A stretch of DNA of 50,639 bases from Nemertoderma westbladi (Eukaryota > Animalia > Xenacoelomorpha): contig JAUCBJ010004395.1 of assembly GCA_032718475.1 (NCBI GenBank), positions 1 to 50,639 of the forward strand, in the 5' to 3' direction. Made by a program: the position numbers and the translations under genes. The notes beneath the pieces were generated by a model. The model did not search any database and was not told the DNA's origin. It was given only the letters and a program-made list of their open reading frames with translations. Positions 22,452 through 35,277 of the stretch are shown in pieces (positions within the stretch are counted from its first letter, which is position 1; every line of letters begins with the position of its first letter).

Positions 22452-25405
22452 TCACACATTTTTTTGCCTCTGCCGCTGTTTAAATCGGGCTACACTTTGC
22501 TCACGCCGTATGCTTGTAAAATGTCTCTGAGCATTATTAAAGTACACGTTTATAATAGTGCGGTGAATCAACCTCGATAATTGTTTATGTTTAGAACATA
22601 AAGATAGCATAGTCAATATGCCATATATATCTAAGAAGCGCATTGCAGCTGCACGGACGGGGACACCGCAATCTTTTATTACTGAATCTATTACTTCCAA
22701 TCTTGCAAAACACGACGCAATTGATTCTAAAAACTCAGTAGATGGTTTCTTTAATCCGCCTCGATTAATAGCCTCGAAATAACCACTACAATCTGATGTA
22801 TTTTTATCAATTACAGACTGGATATTTGTACAATCCTTACAGCTACCAATGAGTTTTCCACCTTTCTTATGTTCCAGTTTACGAATAATGAATCCTGCAA
22901 TATACTGAACTACCTCCATACTTTCCTTAGAAAGCTCAGCTGAGGCAATAGTATCTCTATACTCATTAAATTTCACAATTAAAGGAGACCAGTCAATGGG
23001 TTCCGCCTGGAGAATTTGGTTGATGGGATCTATACCTTCCTCTAATAATGTCAACAGTGAAATAATACGTTCGGAAGTCTTCACTTCCCTGAGTGAGACG
23101 AGAAATCGTCCACCACTCATTTGCCGATATTTGGAGAACCTTAACTCGACTGGATCTTGATTGTTTCTTCGAAGTAGAACATAATCATATCCATCATTTA
23201 GGAGGTCATCAGTCAAGTCGGCAACGCTCCGGCAAGATTGTGCGAATTGTGACGGGATCCAGGAAGGATCCCGGTTTATCCGGTTGTTTAGTTCACGCGT
23301 CCCCGCCGTGTGTGAAAGGTAAAAAGAGTTCGTGTCGTTCGTTGTATATAATAATCGGTTGTACGGGTATATAGATATAAGCATAGATATGGATAATGTT
23401 GTCGTATACGGAAGGCGGGATACGGTAATTAAAGTCCCGGTCCTTCCCTAGCTAAACTAACTAACCTAACTAGCACCAATATGATACTGAGATAACTGAA
23501 TGAAATGATTACTGCCAACTGGCTATATTGCACAGGTTGGCCTTGTTACTCTACCTAATCGATGCCTTTCCCCCGTCCCCCCTCTGATTGGTTGATACCC
23601 TTGTTGGCGCCCTTTGGAGTGTTCCCGTTCACTCCACCTGTTCTCTCTGGGTTAGGGGTTTGGCCCCTGACCCTCATTGTGTTTCTCCTTCCCATTTTAT
23701 TGGGGTGACACGAGTTGGTGATTACCCAATCTCGTATATTGCCCAATATTACCCAATATTGCTTATCGGCTTAACTTTTATGGGGTGTTAGCGGGATTGA
23801 ATAAGCTAACACGAATGCTTTACTGGTTTGAGGTGTCAACCCACAACCCTTCCACTTTACACATTGTAATCGCCATTTATCGATCCATGCAGCCAAATCA
23901 CGGAGAAACTGCGGTTTGAGGTCGCCCATTATAGCGGTGTTCCCCAATATATTATTTGGGTGATATCGCTGGTTCGAATTATTAATCACCCACCACTTAT
24001 GAATGAGTCGCAAAAATTCAGTAGCCCCTTTTCGATTGGGGAAATATCTTGCCATTGCCGCCGTTGTCTTTTCGTCGAAGATTCCCAAGGCCAGTGAAAC
24101 AGACTGTTTATTATTACCGGGATGAAGAACCTGATATGTTAGACTATGTCCCATCCGGAGATAAGCATCATGTTGATCAACATCATACAAGTCTAATAGG
24201 TCTTTCCACCTACACTCACCTGCAGGTAGGTGAACTCTATCTTTGAACCCAGTAAATGTGAATTCTGGAAATTTAAATATCTTTCCATTCAATAAACTAT
24301 TGCGAATATTTTTAATAATGTGAACTGGATCATATAAAAGATAAATCTTTGATCCCCGATAGTAAATCACGCGGTTAAGTTTCGTATCAATTTTCTGCTT
24401 ATTCTTTGTAACGGTATTCTTGTACTTCTTAATAAGTCGTAATCGAGTATTCTGCACTGATCGACCATTGTACGATTAAACCCGTTTACTGAATTCGCCA
24501 GAGACATTCAATGGTAAGCACAGTTTGTATAGTAGACTAAACATAGATACATGCACAGGGCAATTATCCACCCCTATAGCGCGAACTTTAACGATCTGGA
24601 ATATATCATTCATCACAGATAAAGTTTCCTTTAAGAGAGAAGAAGCTATTAAATTAACGACTGGGACGCCACGAACAACATACTGTATGCCCCTCTTTAG
24701 ACTCACAACCATGAAACATAAAATCCCAGTGTATAAGGTACCTTCGTCATTAACACCAACGAAATCGCCATGATTGTAACTAGCCTCAGGTTGCAACTCC
24801 ATTTCGTCAATCGTAAGTATAATGTCCCTATCAACGTTCTTATCCACCAATACTTTCAATGCTTTGACTGAATCAATTCCACCAACCTGAAGCTTTGCCA
24901 ACAAACTTAATGATGGTAGTTGTATTTCTCTCTGCAGTAGTCTATAGGCTTGAAGTGACATATATCGTAACATCAATGCGTACCGAATAACTGATTGCGA
25001 GTACGGGGGCCTCGACTGTTTCGGATAATGCTGATAATGAAGCAACTCCTCGAAAATCGATGAATCACAGTTCTCTAGATTCTTAAGATAAGTAACAAAA
25101 CCATCTATTTGTGACGCGCTTTTACTATGCAGTGATTGGATGTGAACCACTTTCTGACTTTATGGTAGAGGCACTGGGCGCTGCATTAACTCCAATAAAA
25201 CATGCATATTCTTGTCTATCCTGATTGCTCCCTTCAATCTCGGCATTCTTTCCTCTAGTGAAAGGTGATAAAATAAAACATCTTCTTCGGTTTTACGAAA
25301 CAACCAACCGCTAGTGCAATGTTTAGCTGAAATCTCTGTGATCGAGGAAATTGTATCCAGTTTGCGAAATTCCTCCATTTCATCATTCTGATACGGTAAA
25401 TGCAC
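22452..25405 (-). pseudogene. P-element/THAP9-like transposase in four pieces (frameshifts plus solo LTR insertion)
   Basis: Motifs Y.LL...LPSLSLL, IDEM, DN, DPVHIIKNIRN, KQSVSLA..IF, QDPVE.RFSKYRQMSG, YIAGFI and RGGLKKPS. Confidence 0.9.
23248..23811. mobile_element. Solo LTR inserted in the P transposase
   Basis: TGT...ACA ends with 5-bp TSD CGAAT. Removing it and one TSD restores the frame TSKAFAQSCRS. Confidence 0.88.
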
Positions 25406-28149
25406 TGACGCAACATTTATTCACCATATCCTGATATCTGATATATAACAGTATAACTGATACAATACAGTTGACAGTCTTACCTATAGGCAGATAGGCC
25501 CAGTTCAGCATTTAGAACACACTCAAAAGGTTTATGGGTACATTACGGTTGCCGTACAGCCGTACGCGTACAGTAACGATACTAGTTCATAGTTCAGCAT
25601 TAAGCATATGCATCCGGCCCGGCAGTCCGACAAGGCATAGCACTGTAGCGTAGCAGCTGCAGTAGTAGGCCTATAACACAGTAACAATCTACCCAGCTAT
25701 ATATATACCATACCTGTATACAGGTATACCTACCACAGTATCACGACTGTACTGTCAGACTGTGTTATGTACGAACAGATCAGTGTAAGCCAACTGCAAA
25801 CTGCAGTACAGACTGCCACCTCAATAGGCTACTGCTGTACTGTACTGTACTGTTGAAATGAATGGCCTCTTTTTTTAAAGAGGCTGCAGTAGCTTGTTAG
25901 GCCGTATATATAGTAGGCCATGGATATATCCAGATGTCGTAAATATTACTGTCAGACTGTAGGCCTACCGATGTTATTGATACAAGTGATATATGGAGTA
26001 TGGACGATTATTATTGCACATTGTGTAATAGAAATATTAGACACATTGCAGCGGCGTCTGTTTTCAACAAAGAAGCGAAGAGCAATTAAATCCACCCGTT
26101 TATTAAAGCCAGACATGCGCGAGCAATGGTTGATTAAACGATGCTTAGAGAATAAACAGCCAACCACTAATACATCGCGTTGCTCTCATCTATCTGACTA
26201 TGGATATAATGAGCCTATCGCAAGCGAAACAAATTGTGACCATTTATATTTGTAATTCTTCATAAATGTGTATTTATTCAGTTATGTGGGGCGAGCCACG
26301 AAGTGAGTGAGCCTTAGCGTAGTGGTACCATTAATCAACCTGTCGTTCTGTCGTGTTCAATTTTAAACGTTAATAACTCGGCTAATCTTTGATGAAATCT
26401 ATCCAAACTTGGTACACATGTTGTTTGGCAAAAGTTTAGAAATTTTCCAAGTAGAATTTCCGTGTGGCCTTCGAGAAGCTAAGATAATAGCAGTTAATTA
26501 GTTAAATAAGTTATTACGGTAAAAACACCATTTTCAACCTGCCTTTTAAAGGAAATTAATTGTTTTACAGTAAAAGATTTAAATAATTATAATTAAAAAT
26601 TATACAGATGTAATCCCCATACGCCATTCTATTATAGTTTTTAATTAGTTCAAGTGATTTGCTTTAATAATTGTGTCTTTAATTGATCTAAAGTAATTAA
26701 AACGGCAAAAAAAATTTATTCTCATTAAATACTGCTCATTTATTGGCCAACATGCTGGTACATAGATGGGATGTGTGTGTCATTCCCAGTTGCTGGGAAT
26801 GATTATTGGTCAAGTCTCTGCTGCTGGCTGGGAGTTGTTGCTAAGACTTACCAGAGAGGAATAGTAATAGACAACCAGTATTGCTATTCCAGCCCAGACA
26901 GCATTCTTTAAATTCACTATAAATGTTGTATTGCTATCTCAGGTGAATGACAGATATCATAACATAAATACTATCCATGGCATGGCTGTTGTGTAGGCTT
27001 CTGAAATAGTTTATTCCACAATGTATATGTCTGGTTATTTTTTAATTGAATTTTTGCAAAGTAGTAAAATTAATGTTCTTAAAAATAATATTATTATTTT
27101 ATATGTAACCTAGGAAATTAGCTACATTTTTTCGCTGCAGCTTTAAGAGTGTACATTAATTTAATATTATTTCAATACCCATATTACTACATCGGCATAA
27201 GATGCGTTGGCGTTGTATCACACATCTCCACATATCACACATATCCACATAGATGTATCAACAGTTACTCGCACAGTTTCGAAACTTCGCATATAGTTAT
27301 AACTGTATAAAGATCGTCAGTCTGCGTTTAGGAAAAATATTTTATAACAAAACAGGACAAGCGACGAGCGCAACGAGGCATATAATGAAGACGAGTACTG
27401 CGTTGACTAAATTATTATATAAACCACCTGGCTTCACATATTGATCGCATCCCTAGTTATTATTATTATAAAGAACGTCCTAGCCTGCGTTTAAGAAATA
27501 TATTTAAATAAAAAACAGGACGAACGCAACGAGGCTTATAATGAATACGAGTACTGCGTTTATTATATTCCTATAAACCATCTGGCTTTGCATATTGAAC
27601 GTGCGATTGGAAATAAGTTCGTGCTACCCTTCCGTGGGTGGTAGATGTCGCGGTTATTTATTGGTGGTTGGGAAGGGTGGGGGGGGGGGGGATTAAAAGG
27701 GGTGAACACGTACTGTCCCCCTTTCTTTGATTGATTGGTGGTGTGGGTAAATTTCTCAAAACCTGATTTTGTGATACAGTCGCTCAATTTTAATTTGTAT
27801 CTCATAACTGGGCCTCGTGCTGCGCGAAGGCCCCACGAACGTGTGTATACACTTCTGAACTGCTAATATTATTAACCTTAACAAAAGTCTATTATTATCT
27901 ACCACAGGGCCGTGGGGGGGGGGGGGGCTGCGTTGGATAGAAAAATTAGTTTTTAGTAGTATACCAGCCCCTTATTGCTGAAACATACAGTAGTTAATTA
28001 GCAAAATTTATTGAACATCAAGGGGGCCCCAGGGGTTGAGGGCCTCGGTAGGGGAGCCACGGGCCAATAAAGGTTGAGAACCACTGCTCTAAAATATAAA
28101 TCGGTTTTATCAACAGCATCGGCTTGTAAACGATTAACGAGAAGTAGCA

Positions 28150-28226
28150 AAAAATCTTAGTCCATCCAAGGGCTTGAACTCGTACATTTAATGATAAACT
28201 ACAAACGGATTGTCCACTAGACCATC
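28150..28226 (-). mobile_element. tRNA-derived SINE head
   Basis: Minus strand carries an A-box TGGTCTAGTGG and a B-box-like GAGTTCAAGCC, followed by a T-run. Confidence 0.45.
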
Positions 28227-31200
28227 AGACATTTAGAAGAATGCTTTGTATATCGAGGGATAACAGTGTATCGGATTTTAAGTTATAACAGCTAGCTCAG
28301 CTAACCTTACGTATTCAAATTTCCCGCCCCGCAGCCATTCTGCCATTTCAAAGTGTTCGGTAATGACCCGCTTGTGTTAGTATAACTGCAGACAGGTAGG
28401 CCAATGACGGGGGGGGGGGGGGGGGGGTCGGGGGATTTGGCTTAACTTCTATCAGTAAAATGTAAAGAATATTTATTATTTTTATTATTATTTGCTTGTA
28501 TCAGTTATAATTATATCCGAACATTATAATTATAACAATATAGCAGGGAACTGATATATCAATACAGGGAACAATATATATCTGTCCTTGACATGTACCA
28601 GACTAGTTAACCAGTCAGCTTAGTTGTCCACGGGCGGATCTCTGCCTTGCATCCTTAAGTGGTAGCTAAATGAGTACTGGAGTTTCCTGTGGGGAGTAAT
28701 GTTCTGGGGGTACCGCACTGGAAATAAGTCGTCAGACTTTGTGCGTAATCATGACCTACTATAACACGTTCGTGGGGACTTCGCGCAGCACGTAGTCGAC
28801 AAGCCTTGGCATACGGTTCATATAGAGCAAATGGGGCATGTCTAGTTTGGACCCCATATCCCATGCTATAAATGTATTCATTCGATATACAATCATATGT
28901 TAATCCGCTAGGTGGAGTCAAACTGTTATTCTGCAATTTCGTACTTACCAGTGCAGCACTGTACAGCAGTACCGTACCGGTAGGCCTATGTCATTACTTC
29001 TGAGTCTCTAGCGGATCCCCAATTAAATTTCTTAACTTTTCAATTTCGTAAAAGATAGACTTCATGATTCTCTACAGGCCACCAAAATTTCAGCTCAGGA
29101 AAATGAGGCCTTCCCGAGAAATTTAACATTTTCTAAAAACCACATAATCTGTCGTAGCTGACGTCAGACTGCATGATTTTTCACCAAACTTTACAAACTT
29201 TCTAAACTTTCTCTCTACTACTTACCTACTAAGTTTGGTTCAATTCCGAACCAGCGATGCAGAGAAATTCGCGTTCAAACATTTACCAGACAGACGGACG
29301 GACAGACAGACGGACATGCCCCATTTGCCCTATATGAACCGTATGCCAAGGCTCGCCGACTACGTGTCTCGCCCCACAGTAGTTATGTAGGTCATGGCGT
29401 AATCCGTGGCCTAACGGCTGAAAAAATTTACTTTTTACTTTTTTAAACCCTAATAATTAAAACTGTCATTAGTAACCATATAACCTTAAAGTCCCGATGC
29501 TCTAATCTAAGAAATTTTGTGGAATTTAGGATCCAAAATATTTAAGGTTGGGGTTACATGACAGTTTTAATTAAGGTTTTGGGCCTCCATTTCCACTTTG
29601 AATTATGGTTTCGGACCGCCACTCCCAAAATATGGGGACTTATTTACCTCCCTCGCTGCGCTCGGTCGTTTAATAACAGATCTCGGGATGAACGGTAAAT
29701 AAAGCATATTACATTTCCCTCACAGTACAATAGGTAGTTATTATAATTATCTTTATACTGTAATGAGTTAGACGTTCCAATATTGATGCTAAGGCTGTAA
29801 GGCTCAGCTCACAGACTTCGTGGCTCGCCCCATATTATTGAACTAGGCCTATTTCGACAACTTCGGTTGGTGACAGTAAGTATGGGATAATAATAACAAT
29901 AATAATCCATAAAAACCTGAAATTTTTGAAAAACGTAGACAGAGAGCTGCTATAATGTGCAAATCAATCTGATTGGTCAATTCATTGCCTGTTCTTTCTC
30001 AACCCAGTCCCTTATTCAAATTTGAAAAAGGTGGACAACAAAGCTGAAAACGGTGGACATGCTGTGTGACGCAAATCGCCCGTGATTGGTCTTTCCATTG
30101 TCCATGTTTTCTGTGTCCAGTCCACCTTTTTCAAACACCCGGCCTATGACTATAGCAATTAACAATATAGCGGTATAGGCCTGCAACTAGTGTATCATAT
30201 TGTTGTCAGTATATTACTGCTCATAGTCCCAGATGATATATAATATTTTTTTTAATTTAAAAAATCATCAGCAATGCAGCAATGTGACAAGCCATATTAA
30301 TCATTTAATGCACCCATTTTGGTAAATCTTTCAGACTACGCCTGGTTCGATACAATTTTTTAAATGTATTTATCAATCATTATTATTTTCCGGGCCACTT
30401 AGGGGGACAATTAGAATTTTTGAAATATATTTTTTATTTTGAGCCATCGCCGATCAAGATAACATACGTGAGCGCTCACTGCTCACAATAACTCACTTGA
30501 ACGCTATCTTAACTGCTTCTGTGAAGGCAGTATAGCCCTCGCAGTGATGGCGCTAGGCGAAATTGCCGAGGGTGGGCATGGGCATGACCGCCTTTAAAAC
30601 CGGTATTACCAGGAAGTAGCCAAACAATTAAAAATCAAATCAATTCCAAACAACACAAACTTGGATTGTAAATCGAATCCGGGTCGAAGAGAGGAATGAG
30701 CAGGAGAGGCTGAGAGGGAAACAAGGACACGACAAAACATAAATATGTCATAAACATACAGATAAAATATTGATACTATGCAGCTATGATAATGATAATA
30801 ATAGAATAAGGGGGACACAATCAAGGCAAAAAAATCTAGTGCGTTGTGATAACCCCAGTCATGAGGTGTTATGTATGTGTTGAAGTGGTGCTCTAAAATC
30901 TAAGCTAAGTTTCCTAGCAACTAACAATGCAATGTGTACACAACTGATGGGAGTTCAAATTTCCCGCTGGAACCATTCAGCCATTTTATCTGTATTCCAT
31001 GAATCGTCTGATAAACACTGATCATACTGCTGTACTGCATGTGATGTACAGATGTACTGTTGTGCAGTTGTGTGTGTGTAGAACGAGAAGTGCTGAAGTG
31101 TAGACTTTACTTAATTAATATAACAGATTATCAGTCACTACCAGAGTACCAGCAGGCATCTTACAGTCTTACTGTCTTTGGTCTTGCCATCTGACTGTAC

Positions 31201-32880
31201 CGAAAATCTCAGTACAGCAGTATGCCGTACGCACGCGTAGGTTCCATACTTGAAGACTTGTCTGCTTGTGTCAGTGTATACGCTGGGCGCCTGGGGAAAT
31301 AGTCCTTGGCTGGGACTGTATGCTGTACTGTACCGATACCGGTCAGCCGGTACCGCACCGGGTACTGCTGTACCAGTGTACTGCCGTTGCCATCCCATCA
31401 GCCTGTCTGCTGGTACTCAGTCAGTCAGTACCGGCAGACCGGTACTGCGGACTGCGGTATGCACTATGTCAGTATTTACAACTGCAGACTGGCAGAACTG
31501 TCAACTGTACAAGACAAGCTTGACTTAGCTGCTTAGTCCTACTGTTACTTTAGGTACCGGCTGACCGGTAGGACTTCTTTGTCCGCGGACAAGACAAAGT
31601 ACCGCGTGATCTGCATATTCCTGTATCTGTGCAGCTGTATGTCTGTACACTGTATGCAGTATGGTACAATGCTGCACCTGCAATGCCTGAAGGAAACTGG
31701 GAAATTCGGTATGGAATTCTGTTTATTTAAAATCATCTACCGGTATATTAAACATTAAAATTTTGTCAAATATTACAGTATGATGTCAGTATGTAAGAAA
31801 AAAACAGATAAAATTACATCTCTTAAATTAAATAGGCTGATAGGCTCTATCATCATTCATCAATCATGTTTGGGGGTCTGGCTCTCTGGGCCTCAAGCCT
31901 TTTCAGAGTTCCGGCTGTCCGGTATGTCTATACATCCACATCTGAATGTTGATTCTCAGTTAGGCCTACCTGGTGCCTGGTTACATGTCTGCATGTAGTA
32001 ACTCCGTAGTCTGGTAGTTACATGGAGAGAATGAATTTTCTTAAGCTACTACCTCTAGAAGTACGTAGGCATATTTATGATTTAAAAATGGTGTATAGTA
32101 TTTTTAATAATGATTAAAAATGATTAGTTGAAATGATTAGTTCATCTAAATTTGTATGACTTTTTCACTTTAAGTTATTTTTAAATTAACCACATTTATT
32201 TTATATTTGTTTTTATTTATATTTAATCTAACAAATAGTTTTTAATATTTTTGTCATTTTTATAAAAAGGATCAATGACTTTCGAAACAAATTCTGTTTT
32301 TTTTTACTTGATGATATAATATCTGTTTACTTAGTTTTATTTCGTTCGTCATTTTTGTAGTTTTATTGTTGTTGTTCGTATTTTAGCGTTTATCCTTCTA
32401 TCTGTTGCCTTTGCCCTTCTACTTAAATGTGTATTTTATCCACCTGTAAGTGTAATTTTATATATCTAATTATAACTCCTAATTAGGTATTTGTACCTAG
32501 GGGGTGTTCCCCCTGTTTATATTTTATTCTTTAAAATTAAACTGAGTGTCTTAAATAATCAATTAAATCAATTAAATTTGGGAGGCCCTATTAAATTTGG
32601 TTTCCTATTCCTGTATTCTACAACATTCCTAATTCACGTTTATTGTTTTGGTTCCTTTCAACTCGCCTCTGAAACCTCCTCCTGTACTAACCTGCGTGGT
32701 TTTGGAGGCCCCCAAACAAGATAATCCCAAGTATTCCAAGACTAGCGTGTGCTTTTGTTTGAAATTCAACACCCACTCGTATGTGCTTCCCTGTCTGCAG
32801 TCCTTGATATTTTTGTGCAGTATAGTAGGCCCTACCACTTTACCACATGGCAGCATGGTAAAACAGTAGGCCTAAAATGA

Positions 32881-33993
32881 TGGTGTAGCAGAAAATTTCC
32901 ACCCCTCTAAAAACAAAACATACACCTCCCGGTTAAAATTCCTTAGTGTATTTTCCCCCATCGGTTAGAATTCACTAGGGTACCCGTATTATAACCGGGG
33001 GTGAAACTACTCTAGGTGATTTTTTAGTGAATTTTAACCCCCCTCAGTCAGTCAGTGTATTCTTACCCCCACTGCCCCATGATTAATTTCAATATAGTTT
33101 AAATTCGATATAAACATACAGTTAAGCGAACAGACAACAGATACCTCTAGTACACAGACAAACACATGCTGGATACATGACCGAACGTAATCAGGATCGA
33201 ATGTAACATAGTTATTACGTATCGAACGTAACCGCAATTATGTTACATTGGATCCTATAACTATGTTACATTCGATCTACAAATTACTATGCTCGAATGT
33301 AACATTGCCATTTATAGATTTAAAGGAGCAGGTTGCAGAGGCGTGTTGGGGGAACCAAAACAATAAACGAAAGTTAACACATGTTACAAGATTATGCAGG
33401 TTACTTTTATTTAAAGTTTACAGAGGCGTGTTGGGGGAACCAAAACAATAAACGAAAGTTGACACATTTAAAAGATTATGCAGGTTACTTAATTGGGTCT
33501 TGTGTCTTTGTTTTGTACTCACCATCACCAAACTGTTTCTTCCTGTAAATAAACGAAGCATTTCATCTGTTAACTCCTGAAATAAAAACACAAATGAAAT
33601 AAATGTATGTTACATTCCAGCTTAGTAATTTGTAGATCGAATGTAACATAGTTATAGGATCCAATGTAACATAATTGAGGTTACGTTCGATTCGTAAAAA
33701 CTATGTTACATTCGATCCTGATTATGGATTACGTTCGGTCTGTCACCCACACATGCTGTAGATTTCTATATAGTAAACTACCGGTACTGTAGTAGTAGAA
33801 GATACAAAAAATGGACCGGGAACACACTATTGGAAAATTTATAAATGCAGGGGTGAGTTTTCACTGGAGGGGATTATATACACTAGGGAAAATACACCCT
33901 GGAAGTGAGAATACACTAGGGAAAATACACCCTGGAAGTGAGAATATACTATGGAATTTAACCCTGGAGTAGTGAAAATTCTCTGTTACACCA
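32881..33993. mobile_element. Unclassified MITE with TGGTGTA(G/A)CAG termini and subterminal repeats
   Basis: TGGTGTAGCAGAAAATTTCCA pairs with TGAAAATTCTCTGTTACACCA. Repeated ACTAGGGAAAATACACCCTGG motifs near the right end. Confidence 0.6.
33171..33748. mobile_element. Mutator-like MITE nested in the previous element
   Basis: TIRs of about 135 bp with GG...CC ends. 9-bp TSD ACACATGCT at 33162-33170 and 33749-33757. Confidence 0.85.
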
Positions 33994-34161
33994 GGAGTGG
34001 GTTCTAAAGGATTTGAGTTTGGTACACCGGTACTACGGGTCAGCCGGTAGGTAGCCTAAATCCTAAACAGCTAAACCTTTCGCTAGGTACATACATTGCT
34101 TCCAACGCACGTCCTGTCACTGTCAGCTGTTGTAGTCCTGTACATAAAATATAGGAAGTCA

Positions 34162-35277
34162 ATGGCGACCCCTATTATAATCGGGAATAATAACGAAGTG
34201 CTGGGCCAACCCTTGGGTAAACCGGATCCTCCTGTAGTTGGTAAGGTTACTCATCACTCCATCGAACTCTATTGGGAGAAAACCGCCTCTGTCGCTTCGG
34301 ATGTGGCGGCTAAAGGTGACGGTAGGCTGCGGTTTACAGTGCAGGAGCAGGAACCGAAAACCGGTGAATTCGGAGTTGTCTACACCGGATACGCACAGAG
34401 TCACGTATTCGATGGGTTAGAGCCTAAAACTGAGTACACATACAGATTGCGCGTCCTTAACAACCTGAGTGAGAGTCCCTGGAGCGCCTTAGTTACCGTG
34501 TCTACCACTAAGGAACCATTCAGTAACGAGTATCTACAGAAAGCCGTTAGTCGCGGAGATATTAAACTGGTTGCGAAAATTCTGGAACAGAAGGAAACAA
34601 ATGTTTCATCCCCCGATCGGTTTGGTTTTACACCGATAATGAACGCGGCAGCTAAGGGTCATACAAAGATTATATCGATGATGTTAGAAAATAACATGGA
34701 CCCCAATGAACAGAACTCTTCCGGGAAGAACGCTCTGATGATTGCCGCATACAACGGCGCACTGGATGCGGTTAAAGTGCTCGCCCGTTGCCAAGGGAAC
34801 GAGGTTGCGTGGAGCACGCGGGACAGGAACGGTAGCACCGCGCTGCATTGGGCCGCAGACAGCGGGAACTTGTTGCTGATCGACTGGGTCCTGGGGGAGG
34901 GGGCCGATGTCAACGGGAGAGACACTGCTGCGGGGTGGACCGCGTTGCTAAGGTGCTGCGCGCTAAGCGGCAACGTCAGCGTCGCCAAACTTCTTATAAA
35001 TCGGGGCGCCGAAATCAACGTTAAAGACAAGGACGGTAAGACGCCGCTGATGGTGGCCGTTCTCAATGGGCACCACGCCCTGGTTCAACTGTTAGTCGAA
35101 CGTGGCGCCGATATATTTGTTGTGAACGCGTTCGGTAAGTCGGCCATCGAGATGGCGAACACCTTCGATAGACGAGCGATCGTTAAAGTCCTCGAGAAGA
35201 AGAAGGACGAAATCAAATCGAGTGTTATCCGTAAACCTACGACCGCGCCGGCTTTCGGGATGAAGACCTATGTGTAG
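34162..35277 (+). CDS. FANK1: Fibronectin type III and ankyrin repeat domain protein 1, intronless CDS
   Basis: PVVGKVTHHSIELYW...YTGYA..HV.DGLEP.T.Y.YRL FN3 domain, followed by about six ankyrin repeats (GFTPIM, GKNALM, GSTALH, GWTALL, GKTPLM). First ATG 34162. Confidence 0.93.
   Translation: MATPIIIGNNNEVLGQPLGKPDPPVVGKVTHHSIELYWEKTASVASDVAAKGDGRLRFTVQEQEPKTGEFGVVYTGYAQSHVFDGLEPKTEYTYRLRVLNNLSESPWSALVTVSTTKEPFSNEYLQKAVSRGDIKLVAKILEQKETNVSSPDRFGFTPIMNAAAKGHTKIISMMLENNMDPNEQNSSGKNALMIAAYNGALDAVKVLARCQGNEVAWSTRDRNGSTALHWAADSGNLLLIDWVLGEGADVNGRDTAAGWTALLRCCALSGNVSVAKLLINRGAEINVKDKDGKTPLMVAVLNGHHALVQLLVERGADIFVVNAFGKSAIEMANTFDRRAIVKVLEKKKDEIKSSVIRKPTTAPAFGMKTYV

Larger units (their letters stand above)
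21896..25922 (-). mobile_element. P-element-superfamily transposon, decayed
   Basis: 62-bp TIRs starting CATGGCCTACTATATATACGG (21896-21957, 25861-25922; two mismatches). 7-bp TSD GATATAT. Encodes a THAP9/P-type transposase. Confidence 0.92.
21735..28376. mobile_element. Outer TIR DNA transposon (P- or hAT-like, CA...TG ends, 8-bp TSD), decayed
   Basis: TIRs of about 63 bp at 21735-21797 and 28312-28374 with one mismatch seen. TTAGTATA flanks both ends (21727-21734, 28377-28384), with a 2-nt asymmetry at the termini. Confidence 0.75.

Noticed and set aside
23248-23384. N-terminal extension of ORF 22452-23384, and ORFs 23555-23791
   Set aside because: They read through the solo LTR. The true transposase frame is restored when the LTR is removed.
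34096-34161. TTG-initiated hydrophobic extension of FANK1, and the analogous 20751-20762 extension of SmD2
   Set aside because: Non-ATG starts from the ORF caller. In-frame ATGs exist at 34162 and 20750.
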